64,000 bases of DNA, from the NCBI RefSeq assembly GCF_006345805.1, contig NC_043001.1:94364001-94428000 (forward strand), given 5' to 3'. Shown here in pieces: positions 52,137 through 64,000 of this stretch; position 1 is the stretch's first letter, and the number at the start of each line of letters is the position of its first letter. Source of the stretch: Octopus sinensis (taxonomy: Eukaryota). The notes under the pieces were generated by a model. That model was not told the origin of the DNA and made no database searches. It saw nothing but the letters and a program-made list of their open reading frames with translations. The translations under genes were made by a program, and so were the position numbers.

Positions 52137-54669
52137 GTTAGTTATAAACATGCATATTGGTTTCCAACATAGGTACAAAGCTAGGAATTCTGAGAGAGGT
52201 CTAAGTCGATTACGCCCTGTATGCAATCACTGGATTTCATACATTTTATTTTCGTCTGTCTGAATGTTTCCCTGTGCATATATTATATACTTTTGTAGAG
52301 AAAGAAGAAGAAAAACAAAGAAGTAAAATGGATCTTGTTTTTTGCTCGCAACATCTTTTGCTCCCAAGTTTATTAAATATTCATTCCATGAACATAAATA
52401 GAACAGAATTTTTCAGTAGAATCTATAATTATTTTAAAATCCATGACTTAGAAGAATAAAAATACGTTGAATTCAACGATCCTGAGGGCAATGATGATGA
52501 TGATGATGATGACGACGACGACGACCACGTGAGGATGGTGTGGTGATGGTGGTAGTGATAATGAGTATGACTACTTGCACACAGTACTCACCCATATATT
52601 GTACAACAGACCGTGTGTTCAATCTGACTTCTGTACTTACCAGAAATTTATGTTATCGTACAGGATACATTTGTATTTGAACTTGCAGCATAAAGTATCA
52701 TATCATATGTTATAAATAATTAACCCCTCAGAATCTTCCCTCAATAATAATTTGGAGCAATACCACAAGGATATGAAGGATAGCATATATGAGTAACTGG
52801 ACGCTAATCCTGGGTCAACGCTTTCTTTTTCATCTCCAATAGGATAAAACCGACAGAAAACCATGTCGGATTAGATCCTACTGAGCAGATGCTTGCATGT
52901 TAGCATCAACGCCATGACATGTCTGAACTGATGCACATTACCAATATGAATGGCAAAAATTTATTATTGAAATGTGTATAATTCAGTCATAAATTGCTCC
53001 TTTATTACATTCCACAATGGTCGTCGCTTATATTCATCAGTACAAAAATTCAAAAATCTTGTATTCTGTTGACAACTTGTAAGAGTTACACTAACAATAT
53101 TTCACTAATTGTGATAATAGAAGATTGAAAACAGTCACGTCTCTAACCATCGCGATAAATGCCATCATACAGGTTCTATGCAATTAATTATAAATCCAAA
53201 TTCGTTAAAAATAGATTTACAGAACTATCGATTATAAAGTAGCATGTGACAATAACTTGACTAAACGAAAACGAATTTGAAATGAACGTTTAACGCTTTG
53301 TGTCTGAAAATGATCTTCATCTGTAACAACAAATAATAAAACAATAAAGCGATTAGAAGAAAGACACGAACAAGAATCGCTACCAGATTAAAAGTCAAGC
53401 ACAATCGATTACAAGACGAAACAATCGATAAGCACGCAAACACAAATATATACATGTATTAATTAGACATCTTTTGAAACACACACAAAATTAATTACAC
53501 ACACATACACTGAGAGAAAGGCACAGACAGAATGAATATTACATTCACGCACACAGATACACAGACACTCATACATATGGATAAAGATATAGATATAGTT
53601 GCGTGTACATTCTACGTAGAATGTATGGTTATATAATGTTTTCAAAATATATGCTAGAAATAAAAGAGGTGAATAAAAAATATTCGATTGAAAAGTTTAA
53701 TCCTTTAATGTATAAAGCTTAGTATAATCTTTTAATGTATCTCCTTGCAACCATAATTGCATACACCATAGTAACATTTAACAAGAGCCGATTCTTTATC
53801 TCTTTGTTGCTCTTGAAAACTCATAGATAAAACGGCAGTAAACTATGAAAATTGAAAAAGAAAAGTTAAACAAGTAGAAGAAAAATTTAAATGTAAATAT
53901 GACGAACAAACAAGAAAAGAAGTAAAATTAAGAATTCTGAAGTTTCTACACTTTAAGTTCATTTAGATATCACGTGATTTAACATTAGAAATCGATTATC
54001 GATTTTGTGCGAGTTTAATTTTCTTCTAGATTTTATATTTTTTTGTATTATTTATTTTGTAACTTATTTTTGTGCGTTTGCAAAATCTCTTCTTAACTAT
54101 AAAGTTCTCTGACCTAAATGATTGTGAATATGCTAGATTCGAAAAATACGAAATCCAGAAGCAAAAGAAGAGATGAAAAATATCTGAATCCTAATATAAC
54201 AGGAAGGAAAACGTTAACCGTGATAACGAATACTGTATGTCTAGTATTTATATTCTATGTTCAGCCAGTTTAGGAGATTGCATCATTCATATACATGAAT
54301 AATTCAAACCAGCTTCATAGAAGTATGGAAATATACAGGTATTGTAGTATTAATCGATCGGATGTGATGTAGAATATTTAAATGGGCAAGTATAGAAACA
54401 GACGTATCACATACATTACTTGAATATCTTGTCTATTTCTAACAATTGGGTAAATTTTTAAGCCGAAGAAAGCATCAAATGATGAAATAGTTTATTTCAT
54501 ATCATTTGCTATTGTATTACGTTTAGGATTATAAAAGTTACACTTACAAATACCACAAAATTTTAATTTAAATTTCATAATCCTAGTGCTACAAAGGTCT
54601 CGCATTTATACCACCTGTTCTAATATAAAGCAAATATTACAAGAGAATAATTTATTCACATACATTTAT

Positions 54670-55013
54670 TTCTACCGAAATTCTGGGGGAGAGGACCTGC
54701 TCGTTCGACTGACTCTAGTATGCAACTGGTACTTATTTTATCGATCCCGAAAGGATGAAAGGCAATATCGACCTTGGTGGAATTTGAACTCAGAGCATAA
54801 AGACAAACAAAATACCTATTTCTTTACTACCCACAAGGAGCTATACACAGAGAGGACAAACAAGGACATAATAAAGGATCAAGTCGATTACATCCCGAAA
54901 GGATGAAAGACAAAGTCGACCTCGGCGTAATTTGAAATCAGAACGTAGCGGCAGACGAAATACCGCTAAGCATTTCGCCCGGCGTGCTAACGTTTCTACC
55001 AGCTCGTCTTCTT
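54670..55013 (-). mobile_element. Two adjacent SINE family B copies
   Basis: GAAAGGATGAAAG..GTCGACCT..AATTTGAA occurs twice (~54745 and ~54900); the head GAGCTGGTAGAAACG (rc) is present at 54990-55013. Confidence 0.85.
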
Positions 55014-55704
55014 AATGTATTCGCATACATTATTATAAGTAAATAAGATCTTTACTTAATTGTTAATTTCCTTCATCTTAGGCATATCTAACTACATTAT
55101 TTAAGCTTTAATACATATTGTAGATAGATATTTTGGCATCGAATTTGATTCTCTCAAATACTTGATATGTTAAAATATATAACTATATCCGATTTTCGAA
55201 TCAATAGTAACGGTTACATGTTATTCATAAAACAGAAGATTAAAATGATTTAGCGCATTCATTCAACATAATTTCAAGTCCCGAGATATGTCGTGCTGAC
55301 GTGTCCATAAGAAGGACGAAACAGTACTATTAAGAACTACCAGCGACTTTAAGAAATTTGTCCCATGGAAATGATCAAAAATAATTATATAGCAACATGT
55401 TTATGTTTCCCATTGTTTAATGCAATTTATAAATTTCACAACATGCTTAAAGCTTAAAGCAAGAAGGGATTCTCTCACTTTCGGTAGCAGCAGCAGTCAC
55501 ACATGTGTGTAATTATCACGTTCACTAGAAGAACAAAATTGCTTCTGTTGACAGTAGAATTCATATTTTTCACCTCAGTGAATACTACAGAAAGATTCCA
55601 TTATTGCGTAAAATATATCATTTGAGGTCTAACAAGAACTAATCTGTGTTTTCTTCGTGCGTTACAACATAATTTTATATGTAAAAACCTAAATTTTACA
55701 TGTA

Positions 55705-55758
55705 AAACCGCTTCCTCCTAATCTCCTTCCTCCACCTCCCCTTCCTCCCCTTCTCATC

Positions 55759-55814
<56 letters not shown>

Positions 55815-55900
55815 TCTTCTTCTACTACTACTGTTGCTGTTGCTATTGTTACCATTGTTATTAATGCTGCTGGTGCTTCTACTGCTTCTGGTTCTTCAGC
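55705..55900. repeat. (CCT)n/(ACT)n compound microsatellite
   Basis: Direct reading. Confidence 0.85.
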
Positions 55901-56350
55901 TGTGATCACTGCCACGACAGGACACTTTCCCATCCCCACTGTGCCTGCTGTAGCTACTTACGAAAAGAAACATCACAAAAAGACTACCACCTCCTCTGTC
56001 ACTTCTAAAAATAATATGTCACGACTACTAAGACTATGTCACTACAGCTGTTGCTACTGCTACTAGCACTGCCAAATCTACCATTCCGGCTTCCGTTACT
56101 AATACTTCCACTACTTCGTTATTTGATACCATTGAATACTTTCGTCTAAGAACATACATGGTGGTCACTGATCTCTGAAAAATTATCCTAAACTAATATT
56201 TCAACTTGGGAAATCTTCTGAAATATAAAGATTTAACTTATTATTCATTTTCTTTTCGCATTGCTATAAAGGCTCTACTTAATTTTGATTAGAATATCAC
56301 GTATCCTTCAGATAACTAGACATCTTTATAAATATTTGTGTTATTCATAT

Positions 56351-56577
56351 GATAGCGAGCTGGCAGAATCGCTATCAGGCCCGGCAAAATGTTGAGCACC
56401 ATTACGTTCATTTCTTACGTTCTCAGTTCAAGTTCAGCCGATGTCGACTTCGTCCTTAATCCTTTCGGGCTCGATAAAACAAGTACCATTACAGCAGTGT
56501 GTGCAGCGGTGTCGTTGTAATCGACTCACTCTCTCCCACGAAATTGTTAACCTTGTATCAAAATTTGAAGACAATAT
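56351..56577 (+). mobile_element. Degraded SINE family B
   Basis: GCGAGCTGGCAGAATCG..GTTCAAGTTCAGCC..GTCGACTT..CCTTTCGGGCTCGATAAAACAAGTACC. Confidence 0.75.
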
Positions 56578-56957
56578 TTGTTTATTCTATTCACATTTTC
56601 CTTGTGTTCATTGCTAGATCTTCTAATTTATAGTATTTGATCTTCTGCGTTTTTAACGTTACTACGCCTATTCACTAGGAACCGGATAAAAAAAAAATAT
56701 CGATTTGTAAGTATATTTCTTTATTTTTTCATTCACCTTTCTGGTTTACAATTTCCAAGCCAGCTACCTTCATCCCGATTTAAGATTCATCTAACCGCCA
56801 TTGTGTCTCACATAATACGAACACCTGGGCATACACTCATTAATGCTGTTCTTTAAGTAACTCCACAGCGCAGGAAATACAGGTATCTATCACTGGTACA
56901 ACAAGTGCAAGTATTTCATAATTTCACATATAAGCTGAGGAACGAAATGAGAGAGAT

Positions 56958-57014
<57 letters not shown>

Positions 57015-57035
57015 TGGAGAGAGAGAGATACATAT

Positions 57036-57080
<45 letters not shown>

Positions 57081-57081
<1 letters not shown>

Positions 57082-57204
57082 CGGGAAGCTTTATGAAAAT
57101 AAACAAAAGACGAAGGCAGGTGGAAAACAAACGAACAATTGTATTAGTATGGCGCTCAGGAAATATAAATAAAACAAGTCTTTAACGTTTCGAGCCTACG
57201 CTCT
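57081..57204 (-). repeat. Penelope-like repeat fragment with the 3' half of a hammerhead motif
   Basis: Reverse complement begins AGAGC-GTAG-GCTC-GAAAC-GTT-AAAG; the CUGANGA part is truncated. Confidence 0.45.
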
Positions 57205-57804
57205 ATATACATATATATATATGTATATATGTTTGTGTGTGGGGGGTGTATAAAGCTATTTACGTTCATTTTTACTTTACTTTACATCCACTTTTTATCA
57301 ATTCCTGTTTCTTCTTAGCATTAAGGAGAGTCAATTCTAACACCTAGTAGACATGAAACAAGCCAAGCAAGCTAATTTGCATGTAGTTTCGGTCTTCCAT
57401 ACATTTTAAATATATATAGAGAAATTTTGTAAGTATAAGTACAATTGAATCATTAGTGTAATAATGCTTTTCTGGTGATCTGATGCGCTAGCTTTATTTG
57501 CATTCATTTGTAAATATACCATTTTATTTCTTAATTCCGAGCACGAATATTAATGCAAATATGCTATGAAGTATCCGTAATATTAAGGATCCCCAGTTCT
57601 TGAATAAATATTTTCACCTCTCATTCGCACATCCTGACGGTTTATATACCCCACAGTAAATAATTTCAGCGACTGCATCTTCTAAGTTTCAACTGCATGG
57701 ACATACTACATTACACATCCGTCCATCTCTATGGGTATGTTATGTGGAATGCTGGCTAAGTCCGTAAAAAGAACCTACTGTGTGCACATATATATATATA
57801 TATA

Positions 57805-57878
<74 letters not shown>

Positions 57879-57880
57879 TA

Positions 57881-58410
57881 CAGGGTACTTTGTTTGTTTT
57901 GGATTTTGTCAACTACACAGTATAGTAGGTTCAGTTGGGTACTGTTTGTGAGGAAAACAGCACCATGACACAATTCATTCTGCCAAACATTTGAAACCGA
58001 CATGCTGTCCTGCTTGGCATTCGCGCTGGAAGCTCCAACATGAACATACCATAATGTTTGGGTGTCAAACCTTGAACAGTGCAATCTGAGGGCAAGTATC
58101 GACATTCATAAATATCAAACATCCAGTCAACATCATGTTGTTTGGAATGATCACTATTACTGGCGACGTTATCTTCCCACAGGGCCTCAGACACACTACG
58201 GAGGCCTACATCAAGTGCCTGAAGGACTTAATCTTGCCCTGAATCAAGAGGGTGGACGCTAGAACAAGCAGGAGAGCACTGGCATGGTTGTCATACAATT
58301 TCTGCGAGCACATCACTCCTAAAATCTAGACACCTAACTTTCCAGACTGCTATTCTCTTTATTATTATGTGTAGAGCGTAGATGGTGTCTGAAGAGACCC
58401 ACACGAAAGA
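57881..58410 (+). mobile_element. Tc1/mariner (maT, DD37D-like) transposon remnant
   Basis: TA-CAGGGT start; KHPVNIMLFG..PQGLR..TEAYIKCL..LP*IKRV..TSRR..WLSYNFCEHITPKI*TPNFPDCYSLYYYV*; the segment around the second catalytic Asp is deleted. Confidence 0.8.
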
Positions 58411-58419
58411 GAAACAACA

Positions 58420-58700
58420 TCAGCAGAATCGTTGATTGTACCTCGACGATGCTCACGCACAAGCTGATGAATTCACTCCACATTTCCGGGGTGACGCACA
58501 TGGAAGTTCTTCCAGATCGTTCATCGTCTTCCAAGGATGTTCTTCTCCTTTTGAAGCGCCCGTACCACTAGAAATATTGTATGCAACCCACTGTCGTAAG
58601 CTTGCCAATGTATGCTTAATATCTCTCGAGCAGACTTCTGAAGTTAACGCAAAATTTCACGTTGGTTCCGATTTTTCTTTTTAATTTTCATTACATCCTT
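58420..58700 (-). mobile_element. Mariner transposase N-terminal (HTH) fragment
   Basis: WYGRFKRRRTSLEDDERSGRTSMCVTPE matches the mariner RF..GR.SLEDD.RSGRP motif. Confidence 0.75.
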
Positions 58701-59127
58701 CCATCTGTCCACTTTCTATGAGACATTTCGCATCGGTTTATTTATAAGAAAGAAACGTCTTCTTCGAAGCCGCATTGCCTTTATTATCATGTATATTGCC
58801 AATTTCTTACTTTTTTGTGTGTATTCACATTTGTACCATGTTTTTCTTTTCGTCCACAGCCCTCAGACTTGTTTCGCTTTTCTGAACAGCTTCTCGTTGT
58901 TCACTCCAGTAGAACTATTGAAGGTGGGGAAATATAATGGTGTTTTGGGTTAGAAGAGACGAAGAAAGAGCACAACCATGTGACGTGTGTGAAGTTTCGT
59001 TTCGTTAGTCGTTGAGCTTCCGTTTAATTTTTGCAATACGCACAAACACACATATCTCGCTCGTAAGAGAGAGGGGGGGGCGATAGAGAGAGATATATAG
59101 ATAGAGTGAGTGAGAGAGAGAGAGAGT

Positions 59128-59167
<40 letters not shown>

Positions 59168-59496
59168 CGGAAAATGCATAAGGGAGGAAATGACATTGAA
59201 GATTTTTTCACATACCAGTGACCATTTCAAGCACTTGTTTACATATTGCGAAAGCCTACATGTACCGCGTCTGATCAAAGAAGGAAGAGGGGAAATGTAT
59301 AGAATTGCTGTTTGTCTTTCAATTAAGGTTCTATTATATTTTCGCTTTTCATTATTCAACAGCGATACTAAAATTAGCAATCATGTTGTTTCAAGAATGA
59401 AATGGCGAGACGGTCTTGGATCTTCAAAAGATTTTCATTATCGACGAGTACTTTGTCTTCAATACAAAAAAATAAACGCAAGCGCGTGCACTTGTT

Positions 59497-59609
<113 letters not shown>

Positions 59610-59684
59610 TTATGTCCGTGTGGGTGGGTCTTTGTTTAGGTATATTAGTATGCATGTACGTTTGTATACATACAAAATTCCTGA

Positions 59685-59745
<61 letters not shown>

Positions 59746-59789
59746 ATATATATACATACATACACACCTGTGCGTTTGTGTGTGTATTT

Positions 59790-59980
59790 GTGTGTTTGTG
59801 TCTGTGTTCCTCCACCCACACTTACAATTGCCTGAAAATCGATACTGGTGTGTTTACGCACCCATAAGTTAAGCGGTTTGGCAATAGAGAGGCAAAGTCA
59901 GACTTACAAAGCTCGATCTATTCGACTAATGTAATGGTCTAACATGGCCGCAGTGAAATGACTAAAACAAGTAAGCAAAT
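59790..59980 (+). mobile_element. SINE family A, degraded 3' half
   Basis: CGATACTGGTGTGTTTACG..AGCGGTTTGGCAA..CATGGCCGCAGTGAAATGACTAAAACAAG. Confidence 0.65.
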
Positions 59981-60511
59981 AAACAAGCGTATAAATTTAT
60001 ACGCCTATATATGTTTACACACCCACATACACGCAAACATATAGTTATATATACACACAATTTTAAAATAGGCTATAATCTTTATAAGAATTTATCAAGT
60101 AGTTAGCGTGAAAAACCTCATAAGGGAAACATTTATTAATTATTCCCTTGAAATATATTTATTTATATTAACGGCATTACTATACATAAATGTCTGTTCA
60201 TTGTTTTCTCACACAAACGAGTCGTTCATAGAAAACATTAGACCTGTGCCTAACCGATCACAATTGACAGCAATAAATAAACAATTTAAGTACACAAATA
60301 ACGTAGATTATTTTCGAATCCCTTCGACTTTCTTACAGTTATGTGCATTCTATTTCTCTACATCTGCAATTTATGTTCTCATCGCTTTACTCGATTTCTG
60401 TTAATAAATTCGTTTGTTATATTACGGATTCTGTATAAGTGATAATGATATATTATCATTTCAAAGCCTATGAACATTTGGAAAAATGTTCAATCTTTAG
60501 TGTATTTCGCA

Positions 60512-60976
60512 TCTCTATATATATAAACGGCAGTTTGTCTGTCTGTGTGTCTGTGTGTCTGTCAGGTTGTACCCTCACCCTGACCACGGCTTTCAACCGA
60601 TTCTGATGAAACTTGACACACACATAGCCCAATGTCATAATTCAAAACTAACGCAGCGAAAATTTTGAAAAGTTCCTCCAGTTCTGAAAAATTCGATAAA
60701 TTCGACATGGGGTCGAGAATCTAAGCTTTTTATATGCAACACATTTTCTGGACTGTACGTGGTTTGTTCACACGTTGGGAGGCGCAATGATGTTTTCATG
60801 TTTTCGCCCAAAGGGACAGCTAGGAACATCGTATACACAGAAGTATTTGAGTGAAGAGAAGACATTGCAACCTGCACATGCCCCTTCGTTCCCTAGAGGG
60901 AAAGGACTAGATTGGGATTAGTCTTTGCCTACTAGGGGCTCTTACATACCCGGGCAACGCCGGGCTATGCTGCTAG
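60512..60976 (+). mobile_element. Non-autonomous Helitron (465 bp)
   Basis: A|TCTCTATATATATAAA start, (CTGT)n block, hairpin CCCGGGCAACGCCGGG and CTAG|T end. Confidence 0.85.
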
Positions 60977-62557
60977 TTTACTATAAATTCCGCTGTCAAA
61001 GTGTTAATCTTTCTTTTTCGTTCTCTGTTTCTCTACCTGTCTGTCCTGTCTATCTGACTTTTATTTTGTTTCTCTTTCTCTCTTTAATATACATTCGTTC
61101 CAGATATATTTTAATATATTGTTCCTTCAAATTCAAGCGTTTTTTTCACAAGCGACCAATGGGCCCCTACTTGGACATAAATTATTGCAAACAGAATGTA
61201 TTTTAAATTTTACAACTACAATGGACAGAATAATGAGACTTAAGAACTGTATAAAACATAGGTTATAATCAAAGTAAGGATGTCTCAAGAGAAATACAGA
61301 TTTTGCACATGATCCATAGGCTATTTGATGAAAAGTTTCCTTGAGTCATCTCATGTCAAACAAACATTCGATAAACCTTCTTCTCTATATATTTTTGTGA
61401 AGAATACTTATTTTCTCTTTCATACTGCATTCAATTAATGACGCTGTTCAAATTAATTAGCTTAAATTCAGCATATAAAATAATATTCATTTAAATATTC
61501 GTAATTTACTTAATTTAAGAATCATGAATTCTGAGTATTAATATTTTCCATAAAATTGGTACTAGGGAATGATATTGTTGACTTGATCTTTGACTTCCAC
61601 TTCAACCTAACATCCATGTTTATTGACTGCTAAAATATTCTAGAGTGCTATGTTCAAATTACATTTCGAAATGATGCCTCATTTTAGAGATCAAAGTTCA
61701 AATATTCAAAACAAATTTGAAAACAAGCCCATAAATAATTTTAAAATTTTGTTTTATTTTTCTCCCAGCATTTTAATGATAAAACCAAATGCTAGTTAAC
61801 AGTACTAATCTCCGATGATCGCAAATGCAGTCCTGTTTGGCTTTCAAACAATCAACTTGAAAAAAAATGATGTCCTATGCTAACTATAGTGCGGCCATAA
61901 TTCTTGAATCGGTGAAATATCGATTAAAATTTTAATTAAATTCCGGAGACAACTAGCTATCAAATGCACTTTGGTTATTTAAATTAGCGTCAAAAATTGA
62001 GATTATACATGTGTGAACAGAATAGCTGAAGAAAAAAGTCGAAATAGCATTTAATTTGATTTTTCTTCTCTCTAATAGAAGAATTACATTAATTTGTTGT
62101 TTGAAATATAAGTTCCAGAAGCAAATATTCAATGAGAATAAATCGTTTTCATTTAATTACAGCATTGTCTCAAGAACTCATCACAGAAACTTATAGACAA
62201 AATTCATTTAAATCTCTGGACACACAAACACAGGCGCAGATACTACAGAGGTACAGGCACACAATCACTAACACACACATACACACACATACGCAGATAC
62301 ACACACACACACACACACACACAAACTTACATAGCACTGCGTATTAATGTACAAGTTTTCACACACGCAAGAGTGTATAGCTAGATTGAAAGATATATAT
62401 AGATATACACATACATATATAGGTTGTCATACACACATAATCACACATATCGATATACAATCGGTTCAGACAAGTATTTACACAAACACACATATATACA
62501 CACCCAAGCACACTCACACAACCACACACACATACACACACACACATACACACACAT

Positions 62558-62628
<71 letters not shown>

Positions 62629-62880
62629 TTTAATGCTGTTTTATACCTTTAGCTATAACAAAAGCAATTTTACATTAATTTGAAGTGTTACTCAATATTT
62701 TTGTAAAGAAAAAATTTATTATTCTTTAAGAAGAGCAATATTGACAGTAACATCCAAATTTCTGAACAAAATGTTCTGTACAAAAGCATAATCTCCTAAT
62801 TTAGTCAATAAAACATTTTCTACAAACCCTCTTCATCACAAATTTCCCCACTACCTAATTTAAAAGTAGAAGTGATTCTA

Positions 62881-62995
62881 ACGGTTTTTGTGTGTTTCTT
62901 AAATGGCCTATAAACACCTTCCACGCTACAATTGTTTTCGTTCAAGCACATGATCGCAGATCAGGTCACTTGCCTTGCAAGTACATCTCCATAAT
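62881..62995 (-). repeat. Copy of the left arm of the 17739 fold-back family
   Basis: Reverse complement matches ATTATGGAGATG.ACTTGC..GCGTGGAA..CACACAAAAACCGT. Confidence 0.75.
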
Positions 62996-63690
62996 ATGTA
63001 TATAGATATATGTATATATAGAAATAGCGGCAGAGTAACCTTAAACAAGAAGTCATTCGGAGGAAACCATTTCAGCCACTTGCATACATGGTCATCCTCT
63101 TTCTTTCATTACCAGATATTCGTGACCTTAAGTGACCATAAGTGATAAAAGACAAGATAGCCGAATAGAAATTAGAAAATTTCGATTGATTACTAACCTA
63201 ACCTGGATCTGGGACAATACTCTTAGAGCGTTTTCATTTCCAGCTTGCCATTCACTCCCCGAAAGAAACCATATTGCTTGTTAAATCGGTCCCAAAATAC
63301 TTAAACATCTTCAATTGCCTCAGTGATGTTTGTACTTAAATATAGCATGCTCTGCGAAGATTGAATTGCGAGAACCAACTTTTGTCGTTGTGTCACTAAT
63401 TCCCATCCATGGCATTGAGACATCGTGTGTGTCTGACACTGAATCAGCTTCGCTGACTGATAGGTGACGGTCGTTTAGAGAATGCGCGGGTTAAGACTAC
63501 GCGCCTTCACTAGTCAGTTAAGGTGAGACAGTGTCACGTGATAACTTGCTGGGGCTGCCTGCTAGAGTCTGAGACAGGCAATTAAAGGGGAAAATTTGAC
63601 AAGTCAGTCACCGGCTAACACTCGCTGATGATAATACGAAGAGGCGAGGGAATAGAAGAAAGAAGAATAAATAAGACATGCACCCAACAC

Positions 63691-63776
63691 CAGAGCTGAA
63701 GACACCTCCGAAAGGTGGGGGCGCCACGTCAAAACGGTAGAGGAGTAGGCGCCGAAACCGGACGTGGTTCCTCCTG
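63691..63776 (+). ncRNA. Type I hammerhead-ribozyme-like fold with an extra hairpin
   Basis: CAGAG / CUGAAGA / hairpin CACCU-CCGAA-AGGUG / GGCGCC..GGCGCC stem II / GAAA / ACC-GGACGU-GGU helix III / UC / CUCCUG helix I. Confidence 0.55.
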
Positions 63777-64000
63777 ATTGATGTCTTGAGCTAACTGTAT
63801 CCTATAAAGGAGCTGTTGTGATAGCAGACCACGAAACACGGTTGGAATTCCCCCAAAACCTTCCACCACATTCTGATGAAAAAATGTGCAACCTTTCGTC
63901 TGTAAATATCAAATCTGAGACACTTTCCCGATAGCTGCATACACAAACACAATCACACACACATACACACAGATACAAACACTGAGACATACACACGTAT

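Overview
AT-rich, repeat-dominated eukaryotic genomic DNA. The SINE families and the (AT)n/(CA)n/(ATCT)n/(AAT)n microsatellites resemble octopus or coleoid cephalopod DNA (inference). No intact, recognisable host protein-coding gene was found, and most long ORFs in the track are translated microsatellites. Supported content: a 5'-truncated CR1-type LINE (7692-11153, minus strand, CCCH-finger ORF1 remnant and an APE+RT ORF2 with 2 stops and 2 frameshifts); R4/Dong-like restriction-endonuclease LINE fragments inside (AAT)n arrays; RTE fragments; four tRNA-derived SINE families; several non-autonomous Helitrons; mariner and maT remnants; many fold-back/MITE elements. The most unusual signals are three. 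(1) Two abutting palindromes at 45646-46340 with ~153-bp arms, a shared core and a flipped spacer, next to a 62-aa SH3-barrel-like ORF (Crypton-like, inferred). (2) Hammerhead-ribozyme motifs, including a near-complete type I fold with an extra hairpin at 63691-63776. (3) A SINE whose 3' tail matches the neighbouring CR1 LINE tail. A few low-confidence candidate exons are also noted.
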